A stretch of DNA of 56,901 bases from Sedimentisphaerales bacterium (GCA_016927855.1 JAFGLV010000163.1:1-56901); one strand, 5' to 3'. Counted from the stretch's first letter, positions 29,501 to 38,867 are shown. Notes: a model not told the origin generated them from the letters alone. Numbers and translations are program-made.

Positions 29501-31853
29501 GTCGGCGATCGGCCTGTTACGCTACGGCACCGCTGCCCGCGCGCTGGCGACGGTATTCTGGCACGCGCGCCGAGACGACCACGACGCGCTGGCGGCGAGA
29601 ATCACCGGCATGGGCCGTGTCAATCGCCTGTTCGGTCCCAGTCCCGCACAGGCCGGGTACGTTACCGAAATCGAGACCCGTCTCATGACCTTTGTCAAAG
29701 AGACCCAACTCTTCGACCCCGGCCTTGTCAGCGAAGCGGCCGAGTACTTGTTCCACCAGCTCTCGAGTGAGGGCGGGTTCGTGGTCAGCCAAGTGGCTGT
29801 CGGCCTGAAGGAGGGATTCGAGAGACACCTGGAGCAGAGCCACTTCGGCGAGGAATTCGCCCAATCGAGACACGCCCTGGTGGGCGATCCGCTCAGTTGC
29901 TTCAGGCTGGTTCGGGATTGGGTGCGCTCGTATCTGCGCGGTGCCGACGGGCAGGATCGCGACGAATACGCCGATGAAGTGGCGACCTTGCTGTTGCCTG
30001 AGCTTGCGGAAGGCAGAGAAGTCGTGACCGCGAGCGTGGAGCAGGAACTGACCGGGCTCGTCGGTTCGCACCCGCTGATCGAGCAAGGCAATTATCGGCT
30101 CAATTACTGTCATTTCATGGCCAGGCTCCGTCACCACGAGCAGTGTATCGTCCCGAAGTTCACGCGGTACCAGGCGGCGCGCAACGCGCATGTCGAGTGT
30201 TACAGCAAGCAACTGCACCTGGAGGAGTTCCAGCCGCACGTGCTCACGACGTTCGTGCGCAACCGGCTCATCGACAAGATCTACCTGCCGCTGATCGGCC
30301 AGAACCTCGCCAAGCAGATCGGCGCCGAAGGCGAATCGAAACGGACCGACCGGCAGGGATTGCTGCTGTTGATCTCGCCGCCGGGCTATGGCAAGACCAC
30401 GCTGATGGAATACGTCGCCAACCGGCTCGGTTTGACCTTCGTGAAGGTCAACGGCCCGGCCGTCGGCAATCGCGTCACGTCGCTCGATCCGAACGAAGCG
30501 CCCAACGCCGCGGCGCGCCAGCAGCTCAAGAAGCTCAATCTCGCCTTCGAGATGGGCGACAACGTCATGATCTATGTCGACGACATTCAGCACACCAGCC
30601 CTGAGTTTCTCCAGAAGTTCATCTCGCTCTGCGACGCGCAACGCCGCATCGAAGGCGTTTACCGGGACCAGACGAGAACGTACGATCTGCGTGGCAAGCG
30701 CGTCTGCGTCGTGATGGCTGGCAATCCCTATACCGAGAGCGGCCAGCGCTTCCGCATTCCGGACATGCTCGCCAACCGCGCCGACACCTACAACATCGGC
30801 GACATCGTCGGCGACAACTACGACCAGTTCGCGCTGAGCTACATCGAGAACTGCCTGACGTCGAACCCGGTGCTGGAGACGTTGACGCGACGCAGCCAGA
30901 ACGACGCCTACGCCGTGATGAAGATGGCGGAGACCGACCAGCAGGAGGGCATCGATTTCGAGGGCAACTACACGGTCGAGGAAATCCACGAATACGTCGC
31001 AACAATGAAAAAGCTTCTGACGGTGCGCGACGTCGTGCTGAGGGTCAACCAGGAGTACATCCGCTCGGCCGGCCAGGCGAAGGAGTATCGCACGGAGCCG
31101 CCCTTCCTGCTACAGGGGTCGTACCGCAACATGAACCGGATCGCCGCGCGCGTATTGCCCATCATGAACGACCAGGAGCTCTGGACGTTGATTCACTCGG
31201 CCTACGAGCAAGACGCGCAGACGCTCACGACCGGCGCCGAGAACAACCTGCTCAAGTTCCGCGAGCTGACGGGCCGACTGACCGACGAGCAGGCCGCACG
31301 CTGGGCCGAAATCAAGCGCACCTTCCAGCGCAACGTCCTGTTGGGCGACGACACGGAAGACAAAGTCGGCAAGATGATCCGCCAGCTCAATGCTTTCTCG
31401 GCCGGTCTGGATTCGATCAAGGACGTCCTGGCACAGGGTGTCACGACGATGGCGCAAAGCCGAGCGGCAGAGCCTGCGTTGCGCGAAACCGACACGTTCA
31501 AAACCGCGGCCGACGACATCCTTGCCAAGATGGGACAACTGATCGCCGAGATCAAGCAGCAGCGCACCGTCGAGAGTGTGCGAGAGACGGCGCAACGCGC
31601 CGAGCAGACCAAGAGCGATTCGCGCACGCTCGTGTCGGTCCTAGAAGAGCAATTTAAGGCAATGGAGACCTGGCTGCTGCCGATGTCGCACGGCGACAAG
31701 GACGAGCGGGATCGCGTCATCGACCAACTGGCCGAACGGTTCGAGACGATGGTGCGCGGCTACACCAAGCTGATCGACGTACTCAAGAGCAAACGCGTCG
31801 GCGCAGATGCGCCGCCGAAGAAGACGACACGAAAGCCCCGCAGCGGGGAATAA
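26517..31853 (+). CDS. Giant (1778-aa) multidomain protein: beta-rich N-terminal region, extended coiled-coil middle, C-terminal AAA+ ATPase domain; function unknown
   Basis: Walker A …LLLISPPGYGKTTLMEY… (~30381-30404). Walker-B-like …DNVMIYVDDIQH… (~30568-30594). Sensor-like …VCVVMAGNPYT… and arginine-rich …RIPDMLANRADTYNIG…. No TM segments. In operon-like order after the flotillin and before pspA-3. Confidence 0.8.
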   Translation: MTMEENAVQNGTDSTNAAPEQTELRGGTYEILRSRLTNHGKELRSRLGKLNEARKQVFGAVESKLLSSERISTDNNCVPRDMVPIGDKFIFGYNVFVGLRAETVLEDVFAIYQWKDGTFTSRPLDLIRNAEFEADFKNLYRYYRKTVFAKFSVIGPHLFMVFRVGRDVADIKTFKWLIRGGALEYQGNRSDHEFIFPPQHEFEWQRVTQDMFRQGKNPHISIQDRVFVETIGGDLTIKIEDNTETGEGIYAEPVDNPDQMLSDAEIRYAIVGSLIVLKIRPYEEQQFRYFVYNEKIQKAIRLDAIEQACILLPEDHGFVFPKGYYLKTGELKQFETQMDDMVFEKRLDSPNGEDCLYVFHNRDSGVYVLLSYNIIEQKISTPVVCNGYSFFEDGTLIYFRANDEPKKHHAIQVWQTPYYGPDFVIPVKTDSQLYKIGNKDIVRCMAECTEIITLLGQEETYVNLYLDLARKAEEVQDAYFWIDSAELFNLAEPLGAIRDAARAAVDEYEKVVRTKENTRAQIAEVTQQVREIVTAIDYSGLNEIHEYVEHLAQLRSIRGQVISLRDLRYADTEMIASLETEVAEHTDKLSRQCVEFLLKPESLDPYRAKAEGFGRQVPELGKVADARQLQEQVAETASSLEMLTEIVSNLKIEDATQTIAIIDNISLVYAEVNQVKSALKNKLNEIGKIEGQAEFSSQLKLIDQSVVNYLDVCDTPDKCDEYLTKAMVQIENLESRFADFEEFVVQLADKREELYDAFNSRKVQLVAARNQRASALMASAERILKGIENRVRNLTDINEINGYFASDLMIDRIRQTIEQLKQLGDTVKAQDAESRLKTIHQDAVRQLKDRQALYEEGENVIRLGNQKFAVNRQALEGTIVRKEGRLFFHLTGTGFFEAIEDELLEQTKDVWDLDVLSESPGVYRAEYLAFKMLENLRAGSLVGATPRGRPGQAQRPDPTLSDVQAFMSPRYNEGYVKGVHDRDAAAILEALLQLESAIGLLRYGTAARALATVFWHARRDDHDALAARITGMGRVNRLFGPSPAQAGYVTEIETRLMTFVKETQLFDPGLVSEAAEYLFHQLSSEGGFVVSQVAVGLKEGFERHLEQSHFGEEFAQSRHALVGDPLSCFRLVRDWVRSYLRGADGQDRDEYADEVATLLLPELAEGREVVTASVEQELTGLVGSHPLIEQGNYRLNYCHFMARLRHHEQCIVPKFTRYQAARNAHVECYSKQLHLEEFQPHVLTTFVRNRLIDKIYLPLIGQNLAKQIGAEGESKRTDRQGLLLLISPPGYGKTTLMEYVANRLGLTFVKVNGPAVGNRVTSLDPNEAPNAAARQQLKKLNLAFEMGDNVMIYVDDIQHTSPEFLQKFISLCDAQRRIEGVYRDQTRTYDLRGKRVCVVMAGNPYTESGQRFRIPDMLANRADTYNIGDIVGDNYDQFALSYIENCLTSNPVLETLTRRSQNDAYAVMKMAETDQQEGIDFEGNYTVEEIHEYVATMKKLLTVRDVVLRVNQEYIRSAGQAKEYRTEPPFLLQGSYRNMNRIAARVLPIMNDQELWTLIHSAYEQDAQTLTTGAENNLLKFRELTGRLTDEQAARWAEIKRTFQRNVLLGDDTEDKVGKMIRQLNAFSAGLDSIKDVLAQGVTTMAQSRAAEPALRETDTFKTAADDILAKMGQLIAEIKQQRTVESVRETAQRAEQTKSDSRTLVSVLEEQFKAMETWLLPMSHGDKDERDRVIDQLAERFETMVRGYTKLIDVLKSKRVGADAPPKKTTRKPRSGE
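29339..29393 (+). repeat. In-frame intragenic copy of a GC-rich palindromic repeat (GGTAGGGGCGACCCCCCGTGGCCGCCCTGGGCAGGCACAGAGACCTGACCCTACG), encoding …GATPRGRPGQAQRPDPTL… inside the giant ATPase gene
   Basis: Nucleotide similarity to the intergenic elements at 22923-23031 and 35567-35649 (GTAGGGGC…CCCCGTG…GCCC…ACAG…CCCTAC). Confidence 0.5.
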
Positions 31854-31898
31854 CCATTCGTCCTGACCTCGGGTTTGTACAGACCATAGGCGACCACG

Positions 31899-32579
31899 AT
31901 GGGACGCATCGAGCGATTGAAAGCGGTGACCATGGCGCGGATCGAAGCCTTTCTGGCGTCGCTGGAAGAGCCTGAGACCGTCATTGGTCAACTGGTTCGC
32001 GAGATGGCAGACAAGGTGACGGAGGCGGCTCGCGCGGAGGCCAAGGCTCTCAGCGCCGTCAAAGCGGATCGTCGCCGGCTCGATGCCGCCAGCGGCCGGG
32101 TCGAACGCCTCGGCAAAGGTGCGACGCTCGCGGTCAAAGCCGACGAGCTCGACACAGCGCGCCAGGCCATCGCCGCCCAGATCGAGGCGGAGCGCGAGGT
32201 CGAGAAGTGCCGTGCGAGGCTGGAAACGTCCGAGTCGGCGTATCATTCAGCCGGAGGGGTACGCGCACAACTTCGGCGACAGCTCGACGAGCTCAGACTC
32301 CGCAAGGACGACATCCTTGCGCGCGTACGGGCTGTCCGACAGCGGGCGGAGACGCAAAATGTTGCGTCTCTACACGAGGGGGCTGGCGGTATTCTGGAGG
32401 CCATTGCCCGAATGGAGATGAAGGTTGACGAAGAGGAAGCCCAGATCGAAATACAGGACCAGATCAGGCAGACACTGGGCGCGACCTTCCAACACGAGCG
32501 GGCGGTCGAACTGGAAAACGACGCGGAAGTCAACCGCCGACTGGATGAGCTAAAGACGCGCGTCCGCCGGGACGAATGA
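31899..32579 (+). CDS. PspA/IM30 family protein, paralog 3
   Basis: MGRIERLKAVTMARIEAFLASLEEPETVIGQLVREMADKVTEAARAEAKAL… parallels paralog 1, with a coiled-coil body. Starts 46 nt after the giant ATPase stop. Confidence 0.85.
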   Translation: MGRIERLKAVTMARIEAFLASLEEPETVIGQLVREMADKVTEAARAEAKALSAVKADRRRLDAASGRVERLGKGATLAVKADELDTARQAIAAQIEAEREVEKCRARLETSESAYHSAGGVRAQLRRQLDELRLRKDDILARVRAVRQRAETQNVASLHEGAGGILEAIARMEMKVDEEEAQIEIQDQIRQTLGATFQHERAVELENDAEVNRRLDELKTRVRRDE

Positions 32580-33992
32580 AGCCGCGCTCTCGCTGTCAGC
32601 GGTGGGCCGCAAATTCAAACATGCCTGCAACCGCGCGCGGAAGAACGGACTGAGGAATCCCAGAAGCATATAGGGCGCACTCAGCGCATAAAGACAGAGA
32701 CCGATGATCGCCCCTGCTACAATGGCCTGCAAGATCACCCCTGGAATCTCCGAGGCGCTTGGCCCAGAAGGAAGCACAGACAGAAGCACGGCGAACGCGA
32801 CCAGCATGGCAGCCACACCAGCGACGATCATCCACACAGCCAGCCACAGCATGAAGGGACCGGGCCGATAGAGTGTTCGACACAAGCGGGAGGCAGCGGC
32901 CGGTGCGAGAATCAGCACTCCACCTATAGTGCCGAGAAAGACCATGAAGACGGTTGTTTCTTCCGAAGACGCCGTGCCGTATGAAATGACGCTCAGACCG
33001 GCAACCGCCAGGAATAGGACAAACGCAGCAGCCATGCGCACGACGCCGCGCCGTCCGAGCGCGGGAACCACCAGCCACAGCAACGTCACCCCGACGACCA
33101 GTGACTGAAGAAGCGCGTCGAACTGTATCGCGGATGACGAAGACATGTCCAGCATCGCCCTGAGCAAGAGATAGGCCAAGTTTACGACAGCCAGAGGGAT
33201 GAGAAGCAGCAGTACGCGGCGATTTCGATTGGCCTTGAGCCCCACTGCCGCCACAATCAAGACCAGCCAGACGAGCAGTCCGGACGCCGTGTCGTACCAG
33301 CGCCATTCGAAGAGCGACGCCTGGCCTTGGTGGGGTCCCAAGTCGCCGATATTCGCCGAGGGGACAATCCGGAACTGCCCGAATGCGGTTAGCGGTACTC
33401 GCCACGAGTACGAACAGGTGCTAGCGCCTCAGCCATACTCGAAGTCGTCGTTCGCGATGGCCCTGTCCCCTCGGTACACGGTAAAAGTGGCCCGATTGTC
33501 TGCCCGTCTCGGTGCGGCATACTCCTCGCCGCCGATTCCCCGCAACTGGTAGTTCAGAACCAGTACACGTCCCTGGCGCTTGATCTGGATTGTCTGTTGT
33601 AGCGGGCCGCCTGCTTTCAGCACGGCCGTCTTGTCTGGGGCTACCTCAAGATGGCGCAATTTTGTCAGGCCTTGGGCTTGGCACGTGTAGTCGTCCCTCA
33701 GGGTCAACTGCTTGACGCGGTACGTGCCAACCGGCAGTTCGATGGTCCCGCGGAGGTTGCTCCATTCCTCGGTATGGCCGTCGTCGCGTTCCAGCAGGAG
33801 CCGCGCGATGTGCGTTCCCTCGATCTTCAACTTGCCCTTCGGCTGGTCCGCGTCCTGCGCCCGGGCGGCGGAAACGGCCCCGCCCAAGGCCATCAGGCCA
33901 GCCGCCAACAGCCGACAGACGACTTTTTTTGAAATCCGGCCAGATTTCATGTCCCCTTTTCCGCTAGTGCGCACTGTAAGTAGAGACGCCAC
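32550..33992 (-). CDS. Candidate selenoprotein, paralog A: signal peptide + ~150-aa beta domain ending …DFEYG, in-frame TGA (33429-33431), …GASTCSYSWRVP…, then fused in frame to a ~260-aa polytopic (about 8 TM) membrane domain
   Basis: ORFs 33429..33992(-) and 32550..33341(-) share one frame across the TGA (…DFEYG*GASTCSYSWRVPLTAFGQFRIVPSANIGDLGPHQGQASLFEWRW…). A SECIS-like hairpin lies 17 nt downstream of the TGA. selA and selB are on the same strand nearby. Confidence 0.5.
33394..33412 (-). promoter_or_regulatory. SECIS-like hairpin for paralog A (mRNA GUACUCG-UGG-CGAGUAC)
   Basis: Seven-bp stem, 3-nt loop, beginning 17 nt 3' of the in-frame UGA. Confidence 0.45.
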
Positions 33993-34043
33993 GAGGGGTC
34001 CATGTTAGCCGAAAGCACGCTCGGATGCCAGAACCCTGCGGTG

Positions 34044-35545
34044 TCAATGGCGATAGATCGTGAGCGTCCGCGTTCCCGTCACCGTGCCGTAGAGTCTGCC
34101 GGTCTCGTAAGTGGCGGTGATCGTGAAGGTCTCCTCGTTGCCGTTCAGTTCCAGGTCTTGTGGTACTCGCCACGAGTACCCGCAGGTGCCGCCTCAGCCG
34201 AAGGGCATCGGGCCCTCCGCGACAGTCTTGCCGGACGCGTTTGTGATCTTGATCGTCGGCGCGACGGACTCGAACATATCCATTTCGCGACCGCTGGGCA
34301 GGTTCGCCGAGCCTGTCTTCTTCGTGGTATCCTCCAAAGCGGAGATCATCATACCATTAGCGAGGTCACAGAGCATCGCTTCGACCTTTAGCGTCTGGCC
34401 TGTCTTGACACGCTGGCCGCCGGTCGGACTCTTGAAGACTACTTCAGGTTTGGCCGAGAAATCGAGCACGAAGGGCGTGTCCTCTCGGATCGTGATGAAG
34501 AAGCTGATCGGGGTGGCGTCTGGCTTGCCTAGCTGCGCGGTGTCCACCCCCAAGCCGATGCGCCGTTGATCGTAGCGTACCGCCATCCGAAACGGTCGGT
34601 AGTCACCGACCGGCAGGCTTAGTTTGCCATCCTTATGCGGGCATTCGTCGACATCGATCAAGGCGTCCCTGCTGTAGACCCAGCCGAATTCGAGCGTCGG
34701 CGCCGCCATATCCCGGCCGCCCGCGCCGGTTTCGAGCACGCCGAACGGGCCTGCATACGGTGCCACCGTCACTTTGTCTCCCGCCGGTGTCGCCGAGAGG
34801 CGGTAGAACGTACCTTTCACGGACCGCCAGTACCCGGCCAAGGGAAGGGACTCGGTGGTGCCGTTCAGAAAGGTGCCGGTCATCGGCGTGTCGTACCGAC
34901 CTGCAATCGTGTGAGCCTGGCCGAGCACCAACTCCACTTCGCGCGAGCCGAGCATGATCTTGCCCTTGCGCGCGGTAGGCGCCGCGAAGAACATGTAGGT
35001 GGTTTCTCCCATACCCCGCAGGCGAGGCATGACGGTCTGCGTGAACGTGCCCTGGCCGGGGCCGTAGTCCATCTCGATTTGGATGTTCTCGAAGAGGATG
35101 TCTCCCGACCGGTTTTGCATGCCGTCAGAAGTTCCATCGGCTCGACCGAGGAAGGGATCGTTGGTCAAGTCGCCGTCGCGGTTCACGTCGAAGTAGAGAC
35201 GGTCATAGTCTGTACCCGCCGACCTGTCGAGCGCGAAATTGTAGCGCAGTCCCGCCTGTGGGTCGAACAAGCTCATGGCGAACGTAACGGCGCCATAGAT
35301 GGGCTCGTCGGACTTGAACGCCGGGTAGGTGACGCCCTCGATCGGCGTGCGGCCGCATTCGGTCGTCGGCTGGCCGGACATGAGCTGCATTTGACGCGGT
35401 CGGGACAGTCAAAGATGGAAACCTCTTCCATCGCATAGACCTTCCCGGCCGCTGCCGGGCTTTCCGCGGCCCCGATCGGCACCGCCTGCGAAAGGCCGAG
35501 CAGCGCCACGCTCAGCAGAGCGAAGGCCATTGCGTTGTCCTTCAT
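34044..35545 (-). pseudogene. Candidate selenoprotein paralog B: …PMPFG, TGA (34194-34196), then GGTCGYSWRVPQDLELNGNEETFTITATYETGRLYGTVTGTRTLTIYRH. A 1-nt frameshift near 35390-35410 separates the signal-peptide exon (35400-35545) from the body, so it is a pseudogene or a sequencing error
   Basis: N-terminal MKDNAMAFALLSVALLGLSQA…VSIFDCPDRV is in a different frame from …MQLMSGQPTTECGRTPIEGVTYPAFKSDEPIYG…. Alignment to paralogs C, D and E restores continuity with a single-base indel in an AAA run. Confidence 0.45.
34162..34180 (-). promoter_or_regulatory. SECIS-like hairpin, paralog B (GGUACUCG-UGG-CGAGUACC)
   Basis: Eight-bp stem starting 13 nt 3' of the UGA. Confidence 0.45.
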
Positions 35546-35566
35546 GTTCGACCTCCTTCAGCAACA

Positions 35567-35649
35567 TCGTAGGGGCAACCCCCCGTGGTTGCCCCTTCGA
35601 CAAGCTCAGGGCAAGCTCAGGGCGGGCACAGGGGCCCGCCCCTACAGGG
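35567..35649. repeat. Intergenic GC-rich palindromic element (GTAGGGGCAACC-CCCCGTG-GTTGCCCC … CAAGCTCAGGGC x2 … GGGCGGGC-ACAGGGG-CCCGCCC-CTACAGGG)
   Basis: Same hairpin modules as the element at 22923-23031 with the loops exchanged, plus a 12-nt tandem duplication. Confidence 0.55.
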
Positions 35650-35671
35650 CACACTGAAAACGCACACAATG

Positions 35672-37249
35672 CTATTGTCCTGACGCACCTCGGTATATGG
35701 TAATCTCGCGCTGGCCGATGACGGTTCCGTACAGGGCCTTGGTGTCATAGGTAGCCGTGATGGTGAAGGTCTCTTCGTTGCCGCCGAGCTGCAGGTCTTG
35801 CGGTACTCGCCACGAGTACCCACAGGTGCTGTCTCAGCCGAACGGCATGACGCCGTCAGCGACGACCTGACCGTTGGCGCGAGCAATCGTGACTTTCGGA
35901 TTCAATTGGTCTCGCTCGCGGATCGCGCGAAACATGATGTCCAGCGCCGGGTCGATCAGCACCGCTTTGACGTCCAACTGCTCGCCTGCCCGAACGCGAC
36001 AGTCCTTGGCGGGTGAGGCAAACAGGACCTGCGGCTTGCCTGAAAAGTCCAGCACGAAAGGCGCGTCCTCGCGGATCTTGATGGCATAAACCGCCGGGCC
36101 GGCCTGCGCGCGGCCGCCGGGCTGGCCATCGGCGTGGTTGTTACGTAGAGTCAGGCAGTTCAGCTTGTCGTAGGTTACGTTGAGCATCTGGATCGCGTAG
36201 TCTCCTACCGGCACGCGAAAGGAGTTGGAGCGATTCGCGGTCTGGCTTCCCAACCCTTCGGTCAGGCTGACCGCGATGTCTTCCGAGGCCAGCGAACCCG
36301 TTGCCTGCACGCGCTCGACGCTGCGCTGTCCTGCCTTGACCTCCAGCGTGCCGAAAGCTCCCTGGTAAGGCCATACGAAGAGCTTGTCGCCGCTCGGTGT
36401 CGCTCCAAGGCGATAGTAGGTGTCACCCTTGCGATGCATAGCCATGAGTTGCTCGCCGCCGTACCATGAGACCGTCGGCCGGCCGCTCGGATCACCTGGC
36501 GCAAGCAGAAAAAGACCGGTGGCGGGATGATCGAACCGGCCGGGGATTCCGCGCGTGTGGCACAGCACGGCCGTGAAGCGTTCGCCGCCGATTTCTATTT
36601 CGCCCATCCACGCCTTCGTCGTGGTGAGTATGGCAAAGCTCCGGCTGCCTGGATAGCGGAGGAAACGCGGCATGACTTCCAGTTGGTGCTGAGGATCGTC
36701 ACCCGGTGCTACCCGCAGTTTCAAGGGCTCGAAACACCTTTCAGATACTCCTGAATTCGATGCACCGGGATTCATCAGGGCTTTGTTTGGAACGTCCTTC
36801 GTCGGCGACAGACAGGTGTCGTCGGTCAGATCGCCGTTGCGGTTCGTGTCAAGGTAGAGACGGTCGTAGCCCTGGCCGGTGCCTTCGGATTCGTCGAAGG
36901 CAAACGCATAGTGGTACGGTGTATCGGGCTCTGTAGTCGCGCCGCCAACCTGGAGCGAGCCATACAGCGGCTTGTCCGATTTGAACGAAGGGTAGGCCTC
37001 AACGTTTTTGTCCGCTTCCGTCTGGCATTCACAGTAGGCGCCGACGAGCAGCCGGCTGCGCAGAACCTCAGGCGCATCGAAGGTGGAGATCTCCTTGAGC
37101 TCGAACGCGGCCGCGTCTGCTGGTGGAGACGAGGACTCCGCTCCCATCGTCGCGGCGGCGAAGCTCCCGAAAAGCAGCAGAATCACAAGACCTCGTCGGA
37201 CTGCTTTTCCGCTTGCCCGCTGCCTCGTAGTGGCTCTTTCCTGGCACAT
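35672..37249 (-). CDS. Candidate selenoprotein paralog C (secreted, 471 aa + Sec + 53 aa): …GVMPFG, TGA (35834-35836), DSTCGYSWRVPQDLQLGGNEETFTITATYDTKALYGTVIGQREITIYRGASGQ
   Basis: Signal peptide. CxC motif (CECQTE). EF-hand/dockerin-like loop YLDTNRNGDLTDD. The post-UGA frame is conserved at protein level relative to B, D and E, with synonymous nucleotide differences. Confidence 0.55.
35802..35820 (-). promoter_or_regulatory. SECIS-like hairpin, paralog C
   Basis: GGUACUCG-UGG-CGAGUACC, 13 nt 3' of the UGA. Confidence 0.45.
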
Positions 37250-37280
37250 AATCGTTCCTTTCTCGTATTGAGGTCCGTGT

Positions 37281-38855
37281 TCAATTCCGAGTGACAGTGA
37301 ACGTGCGTTTGCCGACGACCGTCCCGTAAAGCTCCCGGGTATCGTAGGTTACGGTAATGGTGGAGGTTTCTTCGTCGCCGTCGAGGGGCAGATCGTTCGG
37401 TACTCGCCACGAGTACCCGCAGGTGCCGTCTCAGCCGAAGGGCAGGACGCCTTCAGCCACCGTCGTGCCGTCGGCGCGCGCGATTACGACGCTGGGGTCG
37501 AGCGAGGTCGACTCTCCTGATTCGGACTGATGGTGCAGTTCGCGAATCATGAAGTCCAGGACTGGGTCGATCAGAACAGCCTTGACCATCAGCTCCTCAC
37601 CTCGCTTGATCCGGCACTCCTTGCCCGGCAGCGCGAACATCACTTCCGGTGGGTTGGAGAAATCGAAGACGAACGGCTTGTCCGTCCGAATTCTGATTCC
37701 ATAGACGGGCGGTCTATTTACCGCGGCGCGAGGTTGACCGTCGGCATGGTAGTTGTTTGAAAGGCCGATGCGCAGGCTTCCATAGTCGAGACGGACGAAG
37801 CTGGGATGGTAATCGCCCACCGGCAGACGAGAGGTTCGAACGGCATACTGGAGGCCGCTACTCAATACGTCCCCTATCGGGACAGCGGTGTCCTCCGACT
37901 GCAACGATCCCTCGATCGCCATCGTTTCGAGACTACGTCCGCCTGCGCCCACCTCCAACGTCCCGAGCGGGCCATCGTAGGAGCGGACGGTCAGCTTGTC
38001 ACCGGCCGGCGTCGCTGCAAAGCGATAGAAGGTGTCCCCGATCTTATGCGTGGCCATCAGACGGTCGCCACCCCACCAACTGGCGCCTGAGCCGCGCTCC
38101 GGCATCAGGTGCAGCGCAGTCCAGGGCTGGTCGAACCAGCCGGTGACGCCGTAGTTGTGTCCCAGCAGGACGGTGAACTTCTTGCCGGCGATGGTGACTT
38201 GACCGCGTCTGGCTCTGGTGGTGACGAACGCCACGTGGCCGCATCCACCTGCCGCCAGATATAGGCGCGGCATGACCTCCAGCGGGTGGGCGCCTTCCGA
38301 TCCGAACGGCAGCGGGACATCGGCATACTCGAAACAGACTTGCTGTCGGGCCGGCAACCCATCGAGCGTGGCTCCGTCGGGAGGGTCCTTCAAGCGTTTG
38401 CACGCAGGGTCGTTGGTCAGATCAAGGTCTCGATTCGAATCGAAGTACAGCCGATCGTATCCCTGTCCCGTACCGCCGGACTCATCGAGCGCGAAGCAGA
38501 AGCGCAAGCCTGAATCCGCCTGGTAGGCGCTCCCGGCGAAGGAGGCGGAGCCATAGATGGGCTTGTCCGACTTGAAGCTAGGGTAAGTCGTCACGTTAGG
38601 GTCCGCTGTCTCGCTGCAAGGACAACGCTGGCCGATTCCGAAAGAGGATAGTCCCTGGGCCAGATCGAAAGCCGAGACCTCTTTGAGGTTAGAAGCTGTC
38701 GCGCGGATCCAGAACATCAGGATCGCTGCGACCAGGAACAGGACGAGCGCGCCCACTACGGACAACCCCAGTAGTCGCTTTGGATGTTTCATGCCTGAGT
38801 CCCTCGTGATCCGGGCGGCTGTCTCTTGTTCACTCTTATAAAGGTGTCCGAACAC
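37281..38855 (-). CDS. Candidate selenoprotein paralog D (474 aa + Sec + 49 aa): …GVLPFG, TGA (37431-37433), DGTCGYSWRVPNDLPLDGDEETSTITVTYDTRELYGTVVGKRTFTVTRN
   Basis: N-terminal TM/signal anchor. CPCSETAD motif. YFDSNRDLDLTNDP loop. Same C-terminal module as the other paralogs. Confidence 0.55.
37399..37417 (-). promoter_or_regulatory. SECIS-like hairpin, paralog D
   Basis: GGUACUCG-UGG-CGAGUACC, 13 nt 3' of the UGA. Confidence 0.45.
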
Positions 38856-38867
38856 TGTGTCCTCACG

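Noticed and set aside
34180-34200. PGF-CTERM / exosortase-type sorting signal (the PFG motif at the C-terminus)
   Set aside because: The motif is PFG rather than PGF and is not followed by a TM helix plus basic tail. No exosortase/archaeosortase gene is in the window.
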